Virus genome (UHGV): UHGV-0200858 | Length of the DNA stretch: 36,291 nucleotides | From: a virus | Strand: one strand, 5' to 3' | In this document: one piece after another, positions 27,365 to 35,647 of the stretch | Layout of the letters: each line of letters opens with the position of its first letter | Numbering within the stretch: the first letter of the stretch is position 1 | The notes under the pieces: model-generated | Seen by the model: the letters and a program-made list of their open reading frames with translations, nothing else | What the model was told of the DNA's origin: nothing | Database searches by the model: none | Position numbers and translations under genes: made by a program

Positions 27365-29269
27365 TTAGAACGATGTTACCCAGCTACGGCCTCTATTTGG
27401 GCGTCTGGCGATGTTTTTACGTTGTGGTCGTGTGATTGGCTTATTTTCTTCGATTTGCTCGTCAGATTGCGATTTAGGAGCTTTTACGGGTTCTTCGACA
27501 ACACGGTTTAAGCTGTCTTTCATTGCGATGAGTTTATCCCATGACATTTTTGAAAGGACGTAGCGAGAAGCCGCTGTAGCATACACGGCGCAGTCGAGCG
27601 CCTCGTTCCTAACGCCTGGGTTCTTTACCCATCTCACGCCAGTAGTAGTACGCTTGACAGATTCACTTAAAAGCTGATCGAGATAATCATCAGGAACGGT
27701 GTCTGATATTTCTAAGCCAATATGAGGATTATCTTTCAGGTTCCTAGCCAACATTTCACGAAATGCAGTTTTACCCACATTAACACCCAACATAAGCAAT
27801 TCATGACCACCTGTGCGGGTAGGTTTAACCGGAATGATCGGAGCGTTACCAGCAGAACTACCTTTGATAGCGTGTAAGTTCTTCCACTTGCCGCAAATAC
27901 GGTATCCAGCTTGAGTGAATCGACCGTTCGATGTATCAAGGAAGCTGGCGAGCATAGGAACACGATCACCCGATACAGTAGTAAATCTGGTTTTATGGAA
28001 GTTGATTAATCTATCCCATACAGGGGATTCATATCGTTCACAGTTATGATCGTAAAAGCTGCGGTGATCCAGAATATAAATCTTATCCTTTGCCACGCCC
28101 ATGATTGTAGTTTCTGCGCGATCTAATTGCTGGTCAGTACCCGCACACAAGAAAATCACGTCATCAGGGATATTCTCGATAGAAACATCTGTTTTGAGTT
28201 GTTCCAGTTCATTTGCTTCTACTGCCGTGTCCTGATCGTCGTATACCTTGCCTAACACGGTGTTATAAAATGATTGTAAATCAAAGGATTGCCACGCATG
28301 ACTAAAATCAACCACACAAGCGCGGATCGTGCTGAAAGGTGAATACAGACGGCTGATCCAGAATCCTGCTACTTCACTTTCACGGGTTGCTCTCCACTCG
28401 CCTTGTGCTACTGCCCTGATCCGCTCTCCTTCTGTCCATGCGTTCTTACAGTGGGGGCAAATATAACGAGCGGTATCAGGATCGGGTAAGTTCTTACCAT
28501 CGATGTTACGCCATTCAAATTGAACGTTTTCCCACTCGATCACCTGGTGTCTACCGCAATGAGGACACGGAACAAAAAACATACGCATATCGCTTGATAA
28601 CCATTGCTGGTTAATGCTTCCCAGCTTACTGGTCGGGGTACTGGATACGACTAATCGACCTTCATCGCCAAAGGTAGTTAAACGGTTAGCAGCCAGTGCC
28701 ACCGGATCACCTTCTTCTGAGGCTGTAGCAGCATCGATTTCGTCAAGCAATCCAACCTTTGCGGTCTTACCACGTAGGGTTGATGGACTGGTAAGCGATA
28801 CCATGTACAGGAAGTGATTCGTTTTTAGCTGTAGCTGGTTATTGTTGTTAACCGCATTGCGATCATTCTTGTCTGTAACCACGTCTTTTAATGCATCACA
28901 TGCTTCGATAGACGGTCGGATCTTACCAGCGAGATATTGAGACATTTCTTTAGCGGTTGATTGTCCGATAATCATATTGCATGGATCGTTAGCCATCTGG
29001 TTAAACAGGATGCCGTTCAGGATGGTAGTCTTTCCGATCTGCGCACTGGTCATCAGAACATACTTTTTCTTGTTCTCAAGGAAAGGAGCATCAATCATGC
29101 CTTTCTGGAATGACAGCAATTTAACTTTATCCCCAGCTTGAGGACCATCTACCAGCACCATATTCGCTTCGCACCATTCCGATGGAAGGAGTTTAGGCGG
29201 TGGCGTAATATATTTTGCGGCATTTCTAAGAATTCTTTTTAGTTTTGTTTTGTTCGAAATTAGTTTCAT
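27365..29269 (-). CDS. terL: terminase large subunit (634 aa)
   Basis: Size, position upstream of portal, N-terminal ATPase-like region (Walker A-like MTSAQIGKT, Walker B-like VGLLDEID) and C-terminal nuclease-like region with conserved acidic residues. Confidence 0.8.
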   Translation of the reverse strand: MKLISNKTKLKRILRNAAKYITPPPKLLPSEWCEANMVLVDGPQAGDKVKLLSFQKGMIDAPFLENKKKYVLMTSAQIGKTTILNGILFNQMANDPCNMIIGQSTAKEMSQYLAGKIRPSIEACDALKDVVTDKNDRNAVNNNNQLQLKTNHFLYMVSLTSPSTLRGKTAKVGLLDEIDAATASEEGDPVALAANRLTTFGDEGRLVVSSTPTSKLGSINQQWLSSDMRMFFVPCPHCGRHQVIEWENVQFEWRNIDGKNLPDPDTARYICPHCKNAWTEGERIRAVAQGEWRATRESEVAGFWISRLYSPFSTIRACVVDFSHAWQSFDLQSFYNTVLGKVYDDQDTAVEANELEQLKTDVSIENIPDDVIFLCAGTDQQLDRAETTIMGVAKDKIYILDHRSFYDHNCERYESPVWDRLINFHKTRFTTVSGDRVPMLASFLDTSNGRFTQAGYRICGKWKNLHAIKGSSAGNAPIIPVKPTRTGGHELLMLGVNVGKTAFREMLARNLKDNPHIGLEISDTVPDDYLDQLLSESVKRTTTGVRWVKNPGVRNEALDCAVYATAASRYVLSKMSWDKLIAMKDSLNRVVEEPVKAPKSQSDEQIEENKPITRPQRKNIARRPNRGRSWVTSF

Positions 29270-29356
29270 TCAAATACCCTCATTACGAAATATGAAGGTA
29301 TTTATTAAATTGTTGATATTTTGATAAATATGGGTATTAAGATTTAAGGGGGGTGT

Positions 29357-29959
29357 ATGCTAATTAACCAACAACAAAGGGATGAATTAGATTTAGCCTT
29401 ATCTTGTACCGATCATGAATATCGTTTGCCAGTCAAGCATAAGCATTTAAAAACCGACTACACAACATCCGGTTTTAGCCGTGAGGAAGCGAAAGAGATT
29501 TTAATAGAGTTTTACCGCGATAATGGTTATACAGACGTTCACAACTTCTTTAAGAAGCATAGAACATCACATACAGAGTTTCGGAGAGTCCGAGATTGGT
29601 TTGATTTTGATATCAAGCGGTTTTACAGGATTGATGACGGTCCGGTCTATCGGTTGCAATGGAAGCCGATCCGAGAAGTGTTGAAACAGAAGAGATTGAA
29701 TCACGCTGTTACACGCTATCGTAACGAGGCATTCAAGAAAGGCTATGGTGATACAAGGGAATTGTTTGTAGAACTCGCTAACGTGCGTTATAGCCACTAT
29801 TACAACGATCCTAAAGGATTCTTCGAAGTGCTTCGCAAGGTTGATATTAGTCGGGGTACATACTATTCACGGTTGAAGAAGTACGGGATTAAGGCAGAGT
29901 TCTTCATGACCGTTGACGACTCACCGATGTTCAAGATAAAATGTAAGTCCTCTAAATAA
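29357..29959 (+). CDS. hypothetical protein with C-terminal small HTH-like module (200 aa)
   Basis: Divergent from terminase; C-terminus GFFEVLRKVDISRGTYYSRLKKYGIKAEFF resembles the two small paralogs at 29962..30219 and 33429..33623. Confidence 0.45.
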   Translation: MLINQQQRDELDLALSCTDHEYRLPVKHKHLKTDYTTSGFSREEAKEILIEFYRDNGYTDVHNFFKKHRTSHTEFRRVRDWFDFDIKRFYRIDDGPVYRLQWKPIREVLKQKRLNHAVTRYRNEAFKKGYGDTRELFVELANVRYSHYYNDPKGFFEVLRKVDISRGTYYSRLKKYGIKAEFFMTVDDSPMFKIKCKSSK

Positions 29960-29961
29960 TA

Positions 29962-30219
29962 TTGAGAATTCACTATTGTTTGGAGGAAACTACTATGACT
30001 ACTAAAGCTACTCGCGGACGTCCTTGCCGTTTTGATCGTGAACAACTGGCAGCGATTGTAAAAGCGTACTATCAAGCACCGAAAGGTAAAGCCGAAAAAG
30101 AACAAGTATTGAGCGAACACGGTATTTCAATCGCTCAATTCTACAAATCACTCCATAAAGTTGATTTGAAATTCTTTGTTCAGGTTGACGGTGAAATGGT
30201 AGAAGCAACAGGAATTTGA
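29962..30219 (+). CDS. small HTH-like DNA-binding protein (paralog family)
   Basis: RGRPCRFDREQLAAIVKAYY ... GISIAQFYKSLHKV pattern; likely true start at internal ATG about 29995 preceded by GGAGGA; followed by terminator. Confidence 0.45.
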   Translation: MRIHYCLEETTMTTKATRGRPCRFDREQLAAIVKAYYQAPKGKAEKEQVLSEHGISIAQFYKSLHKVDLKFFVQVDGEMVEATGI

Positions 30220-30226
30220 TTCTCTA

Positions 30227-30254
30227 GGCCAATCCTTCGGGGTTGGCTTTTTTT
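30227..30254 (+). terminator. rho-independent terminator (approx)
   Basis: GCCAATCC UUCG GGGUUGGC hairpin with UUCG tetraloop followed by a run of 7 T. Confidence 0.65.
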
Positions 30255-30264
30255 ATACCTACAG

Positions 30265-30293
30265 ATACAAAAAAGCCCCTGAAATTCAGGGGC
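30265..30293 (-). terminator. rho-independent terminator for the minus-strand Rha-like gene (approx)
   Basis: GCCCCTGAA ATT CAGGGGC hairpin; on minus strand followed by TTTTTTG. Confidence 0.55.
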
Positions 30294-30301
30294 AAAAATT
30301 A

Positions 30302-31219
30302 TTACAGTCCGAAGTGTTCCAGTGATCCAGCATTCTGACGAATCAGCAAAGCAGTATTATTGACGATTGCTCGTGAGTTGTTAGGTTGTGGCAATTTCAA
30401 AGTTGCTGCCTTTTCTTCTTCAAGCAATCCGAGTTTTACGAGATGCGGGATAGCATCAGCAGTGAACTCGATCTGACCGTGTGCTGACATACGAGCGAAC
30501 ATATAGCCAGGAGGAAGCAGATCATAACCGTTAGGCTTACCAGAAGCATCCAGACGACGCTCAAGAACACCAGCAGCACATAACCCTTTCAGAATCATTT
30601 GTACCTTCACAGAGCCTCGTTTTTCGCCTAATAAGCGGGTTAAGCTGTGTGTGTCGATAGCTTTACGTACATGCAATTCAACCAGTTGATTCTTTTCCTG
30701 AATCAGTTGTTCGTTTGCAGCTTCCAGTTCCATTGCCTCGCGAATCCAATCGAGCTTAGTCATGTTTGCGTATGGGTTGACTTGCTGAGAACGCAGTTTT
30801 TCATTTTCTTCTTTCAGTCGTTTCCATTCCTGAATAACAACCATTCGACGCTTAACATCGTAACCAGTGACAAGAGTCAGAGTCATTTCTTCGTCTAAGT
30901 GATATACTGGTTCTTTAACAGCATATCCTAAGTTATTGATTCTCTCGACAAATTCAGTTTTGAGCTGATCGATAATACCTAAAGATTCGTACATTTCGCG
31001 AATATCGCGCATTACATTGCTGTGCTTCTTATCGGTGAATTCCGCGATCTGACGGGAAGACATGGTAAGCGGTTTGGTGTTATCAACAACCAGAGACACA
31101 GAAGCAGTTTTAGTAGTCATAGTTTTAACAGTATTCATAGTAAAAATTCCCCTTAAACGGTTTTGCGATTGATACTCCATTTTGATTAACTGTCCACACG
31201 CCAACGGCGCGCGGAACAA
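30302..31219 (-). CDS. rha: Rha-family phage regulatory protein (antirepressor-like)
   Basis: LTMSSRQIAEFTDKKHSNVMRDIREM matches the conserved N-terminal Rha motif; C-terminal region with coiled coil. Track start likely over-extended; probable start at Met about 31138 preceded by AAGGGG. Confidence 0.65.
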   Translation of the reverse strand: MFRAPLACGQLIKMEYQSQNRLRGIFTMNTVKTMTTKTASVSLVVDNTKPLTMSSRQIAEFTDKKHSNVMRDIREMYESLGIIDQLKTEFVERINNLGYAVKEPVYHLDEEMTLTLVTGYDVKRRMVVIQEWKRLKEENEKLRSQQVNPYANMTKLDWIREAMELEAANEQLIQEKNQLVELHVRKAIDTHSLTRLLGEKRGSVKVQMILKGLCAAGVLERRLDASGKPNGYDLLPPGYMFARMSAHGQIEFTADAIPHLVKLGLLEEEKAATLKLPQPNNSRAIVNNTALLIRQNAGSLEHFGL

Positions 31220-31241
31220 TTTTATTTATAATAGAAATTTA

Positions 31242-31574
31242 TTACCAATCGATTTCTACCTGATCTTCTTCATAATAAGGAATCGCATATTCATAACGCC
31301 AGTTTTCGATGATTTCACGTTCTTCATTAGTAAGAAGGTGATTGCTAACTGGAGTCGCATTGTGATTACCAGCTTCGAATTGCTCGCGAACTTCCAGCAT
31401 TGCATGAATACCAGTTAATGACATCAGATCAAACGGAACATGCATACTACGGGAGATAGTTTCACGGGATACGCCCCAATCATTTTCTACATGGCTAGGG
31501 CTTACAGAAACGGTTTTGCCGGAGATTTTAACAGTCCAGTCATACAGGGATTTAGTGATGGTAAATTCTTTCAT
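31242..31574 (-). CDS. hypothetical protein (110 aa)
   Basis: ORF with AGAGGA SD; no recognisable motif. Confidence 0.45.
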   Translation of the reverse strand: MKEFTITKSLYDWTVKISGKTVSVSPSHVENDWGVSRETISRSMHVPFDLMSLTGIHAMLEVREQFEAGNHNATPVSNHLLTNEEREIIENWRYEYAIPYYEEDQVEIDW

Positions 31575-31649
31575 GTTACATCCTCTTTACAAATCTAGGT
31601 CAAATAGGTTCAAAGTTGTCAAGTGCGATAATCATAAAAAAGTCAGAAA

Positions 31650-31685
31650 TATTTGTCAATACCCCTTGACAAGTTGCCAAAGGGT
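31650..31685. promoter_or_regulatory. inverted-repeat operator candidate TTGTCAA-N7-TTGACAA with additional TTGACC copy (approx)
   Basis: ATATTTGTCAATACCCCTTGACAAGTTGCCAAAGGGTTGACC in the gap between two minus-strand early genes. Confidence 0.35.
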
Positions 31686-31693
31686 TGACCTCA

Positions 31694-32203
31694 TTAGAGC
31701 ATTTCTAAGCCATCGTGATAGCCGTAGAAGCCATTCTGAGAAGAGAAACAGATAGGAGCATAATCATCATCTTCGTCGTCTTCATCTTCGTCATAATCGT
31801 TTTTAGGGGCTTCCTGAGCGTCTTCTTTACCGTAGTTAAACATGGCTTCGTCAATCTCTTGAAGGGTTACGAAACTACCCAGATCTTGATCACCGGAACG
31901 GACTTCGAACGGCAGGTCATCACGAACAATAATTGCTGGTAGATTCTGGTATTTCGCACGATCTTGATCGGTGAAGCAGTTAACTACGATAGTAGGTTTC
32001 TTGTTCTTGCAAAACGAATACCAAGCACTAGAAAAGCTGGATTCATCGGAATCAAAAAGGATGTTATAACCACGTTCAACGAAGATCTTCATTAAACGGT
32101 CATTGTGAAAGCTATCTGCATCCAGACCTAACAGGATGAAAGGAGTAGTAGTCTTGTTCTTGTACATAGTTGGTAATCCTCTAAAAGAAAGTGAATCAAA
32201 CAA
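31694..32203 (-). CDS. early protein with acidic C-terminal tail (169 aa)
   Basis: First gene of the leftward unit leaving the control region; C-terminal DYDEDEDDEDDDY acidic run; N-terminal alpha/beta-like region without recognisable catalytic motif. Confidence 0.45.
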   Translation of the reverse strand: MFDSLSFRGLPTMYKNKTTTPFILLGLDADSFHNDRLMKIFVERGYNILFDSDESSFSSAWYSFCKNKKPTIVVNCFTDQDRAKYQNLPAIIVRDDLPFEVRSGDQDLGSFVTLQEIDEAMFNYGKEDAQEAPKNDYDEDEDDEDDDYAPICFSSQNGFYGYHDGLEML

Positions 32204-32753
32204 ATTACACTAGTATTTATAACGAGAATTTTTTATCTATTTGGAAGTGATTGGTATTCAGTCTGGCTAAAGCCATCCTTCATGTACTAGAACAAGAATT
32301 ATACAAAACAAATTTTCTTCTATAATAATATTATATAATAGTTCTTCGTTTTGATTAAATGATCATCAAACCAGTATTGACGCTCTCCAGAGCGTCTGCG
32401 AAGCAATCTATTACCTTCTAGTATTATCAAAGTGATTCTAACTACCTTTCTAGTAACCAGTTAGTAACCACCTAGTATTAAATCCCTTTCTAAGAAAATC
32501 CTTTCAAAAGTGAGTGAACGCCGTAGGCGTGAACGTGAGCGAAGCGAACTATCCAATCCCTTTCGAATCCTGCTTGCAGGTCTTAGAAGGTGTTGGTGGG
32601 CGCTACGCGCACGGCTACGCCGTATTCTTTTTGTGAGATCTTTCTTGAACGCTAGTGAGAGAAAGCGAACAAAAAGGAGAACGTTAGTTCGAGTTTTATA
32701 TTCTATGGTCTGTGTGGTCAAATGCTTTTGCAAATCATACACTTACGTGATTA

Positions 32754-32878
32754 AAGTGTAGGGTTAGTGTAGGTGTGTAGGTTTCATAGTGTAGGTTTGG
32801 ACATGTTCTAGTGTAGGTTTACTGGCTAGTGTAGTGTAGGCCAATCCCTTTCATGTGTAGGTTTGTAGTGTAGGTTTT
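32754..32878 (+). repeat. direct-repeat (iteron-like) array, about 8 copies of GTGTAGG(T)TT
   Basis: Read directly: AGTGTAGGGTT, AGTGTAGGTG, TGTGTAGGTTT, AGTGTAGGTTT, AGTGTAGGTTT, AGTGTAGTGTAGG, TGTGTAGGTTT, AGTGTAGGTTT, all same orientation, spacing 10-20 bp, in non-coding AT-rich region. Confidence 0.8.
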
Positions 32879-32896
32879 TCATCAAAAATTTTGATA
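32878..32896. promoter_or_regulatory. near-palindromic site ATCAAAAATTTTGAT (operator candidate, copy 1)
   Basis: CATCAAAAATTTTGATAAAAA immediately after the iteron array; dyad symmetric. Confidence 0.4.
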
Positions 32897-32959
32897 AAAA
32901 ATTCTTGTATATTATTTAACCAAAAAATCATCAAAAAATAGCTGTAAGTTAATGATTTA

Positions 32960-32993
32960 AAAGGAATTGTCAAAAGGTCACCGTGCTATAATA
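32960..32993 (+). promoter_or_regulatory. extended -10 promoter candidate (TGcTATAAT) (approx)
   Basis: GGAATTGTCAAAAGGTCACCGTGCTATAATAGG: TGnTATAAT extended -10 with upstream TTGTCA-like element. Confidence 0.45.
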
Positions 32994-33029
32994 GGTTATA
33001 AAGGTTGATAATCCTGATCAGCCGTTTTC

Positions 33030-33046
33030 ACACAAAAATTTTGATA
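33030..33046. promoter_or_regulatory. near-palindromic site CAAAAATTTTGATAG (operator candidate, copy 2)
   Basis: Second copy of the AAAAATTTTGATA dyad about 150 bp from copy 1 and about 27 bp upstream of a consensus -35. Confidence 0.4.
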
Positions 33047-33072
33047 GTCATTTCTCGCCTAGATCATGGGTA

Positions 33073-33101
33073 TTGACAATAGTCAAGAACTATTTTATAC
33101 T
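33073..33101 (+). promoter_or_regulatory. near-consensus sigma70 promoter (TTGACA-17-TATACT) driving the rightward early unit
   Basis: TTGACAATAGTCAAGAACTATTTTATACT; the -35 lies within the inverted repeat TTGAC-N4-GTCAA. Confidence 0.6.
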
Positions 33102-33428
33102 TTTTCTCACTGGTGGGGGTTGAAATTTTCAAAACAATCCCCATATAGATGATAGGCAAGAATTTCTCTTGTATAAATACATGCATGAAAATGATTGTTC
33201 ACTTCTGAAATCTCCAGATTCACTGTTAATTCATACAGCACTGGTTAGATATACAGTGCTTTTTCGGTTGAATAATGTACGAATTGATTAATTATTAATC
33301 TTCTCTTTAGCAATTCGTGCTCCCACTGATCGGATATACAGTAGTTTTACAGGGTTTTTCGAAAATCATTTTATAAATAGATATGTCGAGAGCGAAAAGC
33401 TCTTTTTAAAGTTTTCATTATTCCACAA

Positions 33429-33623
33429 TTGAGGATTCTACTTATGGCTAGACCTGTTAAATTTACCCGTGAAATGATTGTTGATATTGCTAAACGCTTT
33501 TATGGTGACACTGAACGAGGCGGTGAGAACTTCTTTAAGAAGGAAGGAATTGATAGAAGCGGATTCTACAAACTAATGAAGAAATACGAGATTCAAGTAA
33601 AGATTAACGTTCAAGTTTGTTAA
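33429..33623 (+). CDS. small HTH-like DNA-binding protein (64 aa), paralog of 29962..30219
   Basis: ARPVKFTREMIVDIAKRFY ... GIDRSGFYKLMKKYEIQV pattern shared with the other two small modules; AGGA SD. Confidence 0.45.
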   Translation: MRILLMARPVKFTREMIVDIAKRFYGDTERGGENFFKKEGIDRSGFYKLMKKYEIQVKINVQVC

Positions 33624-33661
33624 TCACCTTTCACTGAGAATTATATGATGGCTTTAAAAAT

Positions 33662-33696
33662 AAAAAAGCCTCCCTGTTGGCGCAAGGAGGCTTTTA
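33662..33696 (+). terminator. hairpin terminator/attenuator immediately upstream of the 33742 gene (approx)
   Basis: GCCTCC CTGTTGGCGCAA GGAGGC followed by TTTT; A-run on the 5' side. Confidence 0.4.
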
Positions 33697-33741
33697 GCAT
33701 GAAACATTAAAAACAAACACAGAGCATTCAGGAGTATTTAT

Positions 33742-34773
33742 ATGAAAAATTCTAAGCGCATCACCTTCAACCTGTTCATCAAAGCAAACGGCAAACTGAA
33801 CATTACTGTCATGGAAGGTAAAGCAAGCAAACAAGACAAATCCTTTGAAGTAGTATCCGGTAAGACTCTGACCGAAATGCGTCAGAATGCTGGCATCAAA
33901 GACGGTGCTGAATGGCAGATCACTAACCGTTTCGACAAACGTCACGTTAAACCTACACTGGTAGAAGGTGAATCCGTTTATTGCTTCGCTCGTGCTGTTA
34001 AAGCTGATGAGACTTACTATCTCGCTGTTGTTAAAACTGCTTCCGGCTTCCGTGCTGTAATGCACCACAAGAGCAAGCGTAACGAATACGGTGTAGAGAC
34101 CCAGGAAGTTGCAAAACGCTTCCGTACTGTTGCTACTGAATCCACTGTAAAAGATGTTTCTGGTACTGTTAACACCGCTAAAGGTGGTTCTTTCTACAAC
34201 CACGCATTACAGGTTACTTCCTCCTTCTTCTGCAAAAAAGAAGCTGTGAAAGAAGTTGCTCCGGTAGTAGTTGAAGAAGTTAAAGAAGAAGTTGCAGTGG
34301 TTGAATCTTCCGAAGTTGAAGCACTGAAAGCACGAATCGCTGAACTGGAAGCTGAAATGACAGCAGTTAAAGCAGAAAACGCATCTCTGAAAGCAGAACT
34401 GGCAGCACAGGAAACTACTTTCGAAGTAGCAGCGGTTGAAGTTGAAGCAGTTGAAGAAAAATCCATTGATGAAGAACTGGAAGAACTCCTTAACTATCGC
34501 TGGGGTAACGGTGAAGTAGAAGAAGAACAGGAAAACGAGAAAGAAGCTGATCCGGTAGTAGTTCCGGTTGAAGTTGAAGCAGAATCCGCACCAGTTACTA
34601 ACTTTGAATCCCTGCGCAATAACTTTATGGCTAAATTCAAAACCACTTGGGAAGATACCGAAGAAGAACAAGAAGAGATTGAAGTAAACGAAGACGAGAT
34701 CCGCGAAGCACAGATGGCACTGCATGACGCTATCTATGACACCAACTACAGCGCCTACGCATACGCAGCTTAA
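33742..34773 (+). CDS. highly acidic early protein with N-terminal globular domain and C-terminal E/V/A-rich coiled coil (343 aa)
   Basis: Strong SD (AGGAG), codon usage strongly biased to major E. coli-type codons (CTG, AAA, GAA, GTT, CGT), C-terminal half dominated by E/A/V repeats (EVEAVEEK, VVPVEVEAE); candidate host-takeover/anti-defence protein. Confidence 0.55.
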   Translation: MKNSKRITFNLFIKANGKLNITVMEGKASKQDKSFEVVSGKTLTEMRQNAGIKDGAEWQITNRFDKRHVKPTLVEGESVYCFARAVKADETYYLAVVKTASGFRAVMHHKSKRNEYGVETQEVAKRFRTVATESTVKDVSGTVNTAKGGSFYNHALQVTSSFFCKKEAVKEVAPVVVEEVKEEVAVVESSEVEALKARIAELEAEMTAVKAENASLKAELAAQETTFEVAAVEVEAVEEKSIDEELEELLNYRWGNGEVEEEQENEKEADPVVVPVEVEAESAPVTNFESLRNNFMAKFKTTWEDTEEEQEEIEVNEDEIREAQMALHDAIYDTNYSAYAYAA

Positions 34774-34788
34774 TAGAGGGGTGAATCT

Positions 34789-35031
34789 ATGATGAATCAA
34801 AACAAAGAATTTCTGGGTAATCTGATGTTAGAAATTACCAAAATTAAAGAAAGAATGGTAGCGATGGAATCAGAGATTAAAACTCTTAAAGCTGATAATA
34901 AGGCGTTGAGAAAGTCCTTAAAGCTGATTGATGAGACTAATGCGGTTATGATGGATCATGTATTCCCTGAGTGGCGAAATGAAACTAAACCTACACAACA
35001 CAAGAAACCTACACTTCGGATTGTTGCATAA
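34789..35031 (+). CDS. small coiled-coil protein (80 aa)
   Basis: GGGGTGA SD; heptad-like region EITKIKERMVAMESEIKTLKADNKALRKSLKLIDE; followed by hairpin. Confidence 0.45.
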   Translation: MMNQNKEFLGNLMLEITKIKERMVAMESEIKTLKADNKALRKSLKLIDETNAVMMDHVFPEWRNETKPTQHKKPTLRIVA

Positions 35032-35060
35032 AAAAAGGGAGTCCCATTTAAGAGACTCCC
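35029..35060. terminator. hairpin terminator between convergent units (approx)
   Basis: A-run, GGGAGTC CCATTTAAGA GACTCCC; T-run on the minus strand, so strongest as a minus-strand terminator. Confidence 0.45.
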
Positions 35061-35133
35061 TATAGTTAGGTTAGGTTTGCACAACAAAGATGAGGTTATA
35101 ATGAACATAATGCTACATTATTCTTTAAAGCCA

Positions 35134-35159
35134 GAAAAATAACCGCCCCGAAGGGCGGG
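35134..35159 (-). terminator. rho-independent terminator, minus strand (approx)
   Basis: CCGCCC UUCG GGGCGG with UUCG tetraloop on minus strand followed by U-run (A-run on plus strand). Confidence 0.5.
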
Positions 35160-35317
35160 AGGATTAATACTCAATCTATACTTGTTATGTTTTTATGTTG
35201 TATAGATCACTGACTATGAAAACACTGTACTGGAGTTGTGTTTTATGGCTTTTAATCGGGAATCCTCAAAGAAGATCCCCTGTTAATAACCATAAGGAGA
35301 AAAGGCAGATTACACTA

Positions 35318-35647
35318 TTATTTAGTACGCTTGAAAATGTGATTCAAAACGACAAACAGACAGTAAAACCAAAATGCGATTAACAACACATGAATTGATG
35401 AAGTCGGTTTAAAATCAAATAAGAACATCGCTAGACAATCCACTGTAAAGGAAATTACTTCGACAATCGCAAACAAACTAGCAATTCCACAAAACGCGCC
35501 TAAAAACAATTCCCAACGTTCTTTTTCATTGGTAGACAGTTTGAAAGCAGAAACGATAGAAAGAACAACGATGATCACGAGATAAGTTAAGAAAGTAGCC
35601 ATTAGTATTTTGCCTCTAGTTAGACAAACATCCTCTAAAAAATTCAA
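35318..35647 (-). CDS. small multi-pass membrane protein (109 aa)
   Basis: Three hydrophobic segments (LMATFLTYLVIIVVLSIVSAF, LFLGAFCGIASLFAIVEVISF, VLLIAFWFYCLFVVL); lies in a markedly AT-rich segment. Confidence 0.4.
   Translation of the reverse strand: MNFLEDVCLTRGKILMATFLTYLVIIVVLSIVSAFKLSTNEKERWELFLGAFCGIASLFAIVEVISFTVDCLAMFLFDFKPTSSIHVLLIAFWFYCLFVVLNHIFKRTK

Noticed and set aside
31182-31942. Plus-strand ORFs 31182..31418, 31516..31755, 31715..31942
   Set aside because: Antisense to minus-strand early genes; AT-rich low-complexity products
32540-32580. Possible tRNA (TTCGAATCC T-loop-like sequence)
   Set aside because: No complementary T-stem, acceptor stem or anticodon arm could be drawn by eye around it
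32461-32761. Arg-rich ORFs on both strands (32461..32742 minus, 32510..32761 plus)
   Set aside because: Mutually overlapping ORFs in a GC-rich non-coding island, no RBS, Arg/Ser-rich products typical of GC-rich noise; region reported as non-coding feature instead
32754-32878. Possible CRISPR array
   Set aside because: Repeats are only about 10 bp and directly adjacent with no spacer-sized unique intervals; this is an iteron-type array, not CRISPR
33694-34800. Antisense ORFs 33694..34203, 34194..34466, 34207..34800
   Set aside because: Antisense to the codon-optimised acidic protein gene; Phe/Cys/Ser-rich low-complexity translations
35195-35383. 62 aa plus-strand ORF
   Set aside because: Overlaps the 3' end of the minus-strand membrane protein gene in an AT-rich segment; no RBS
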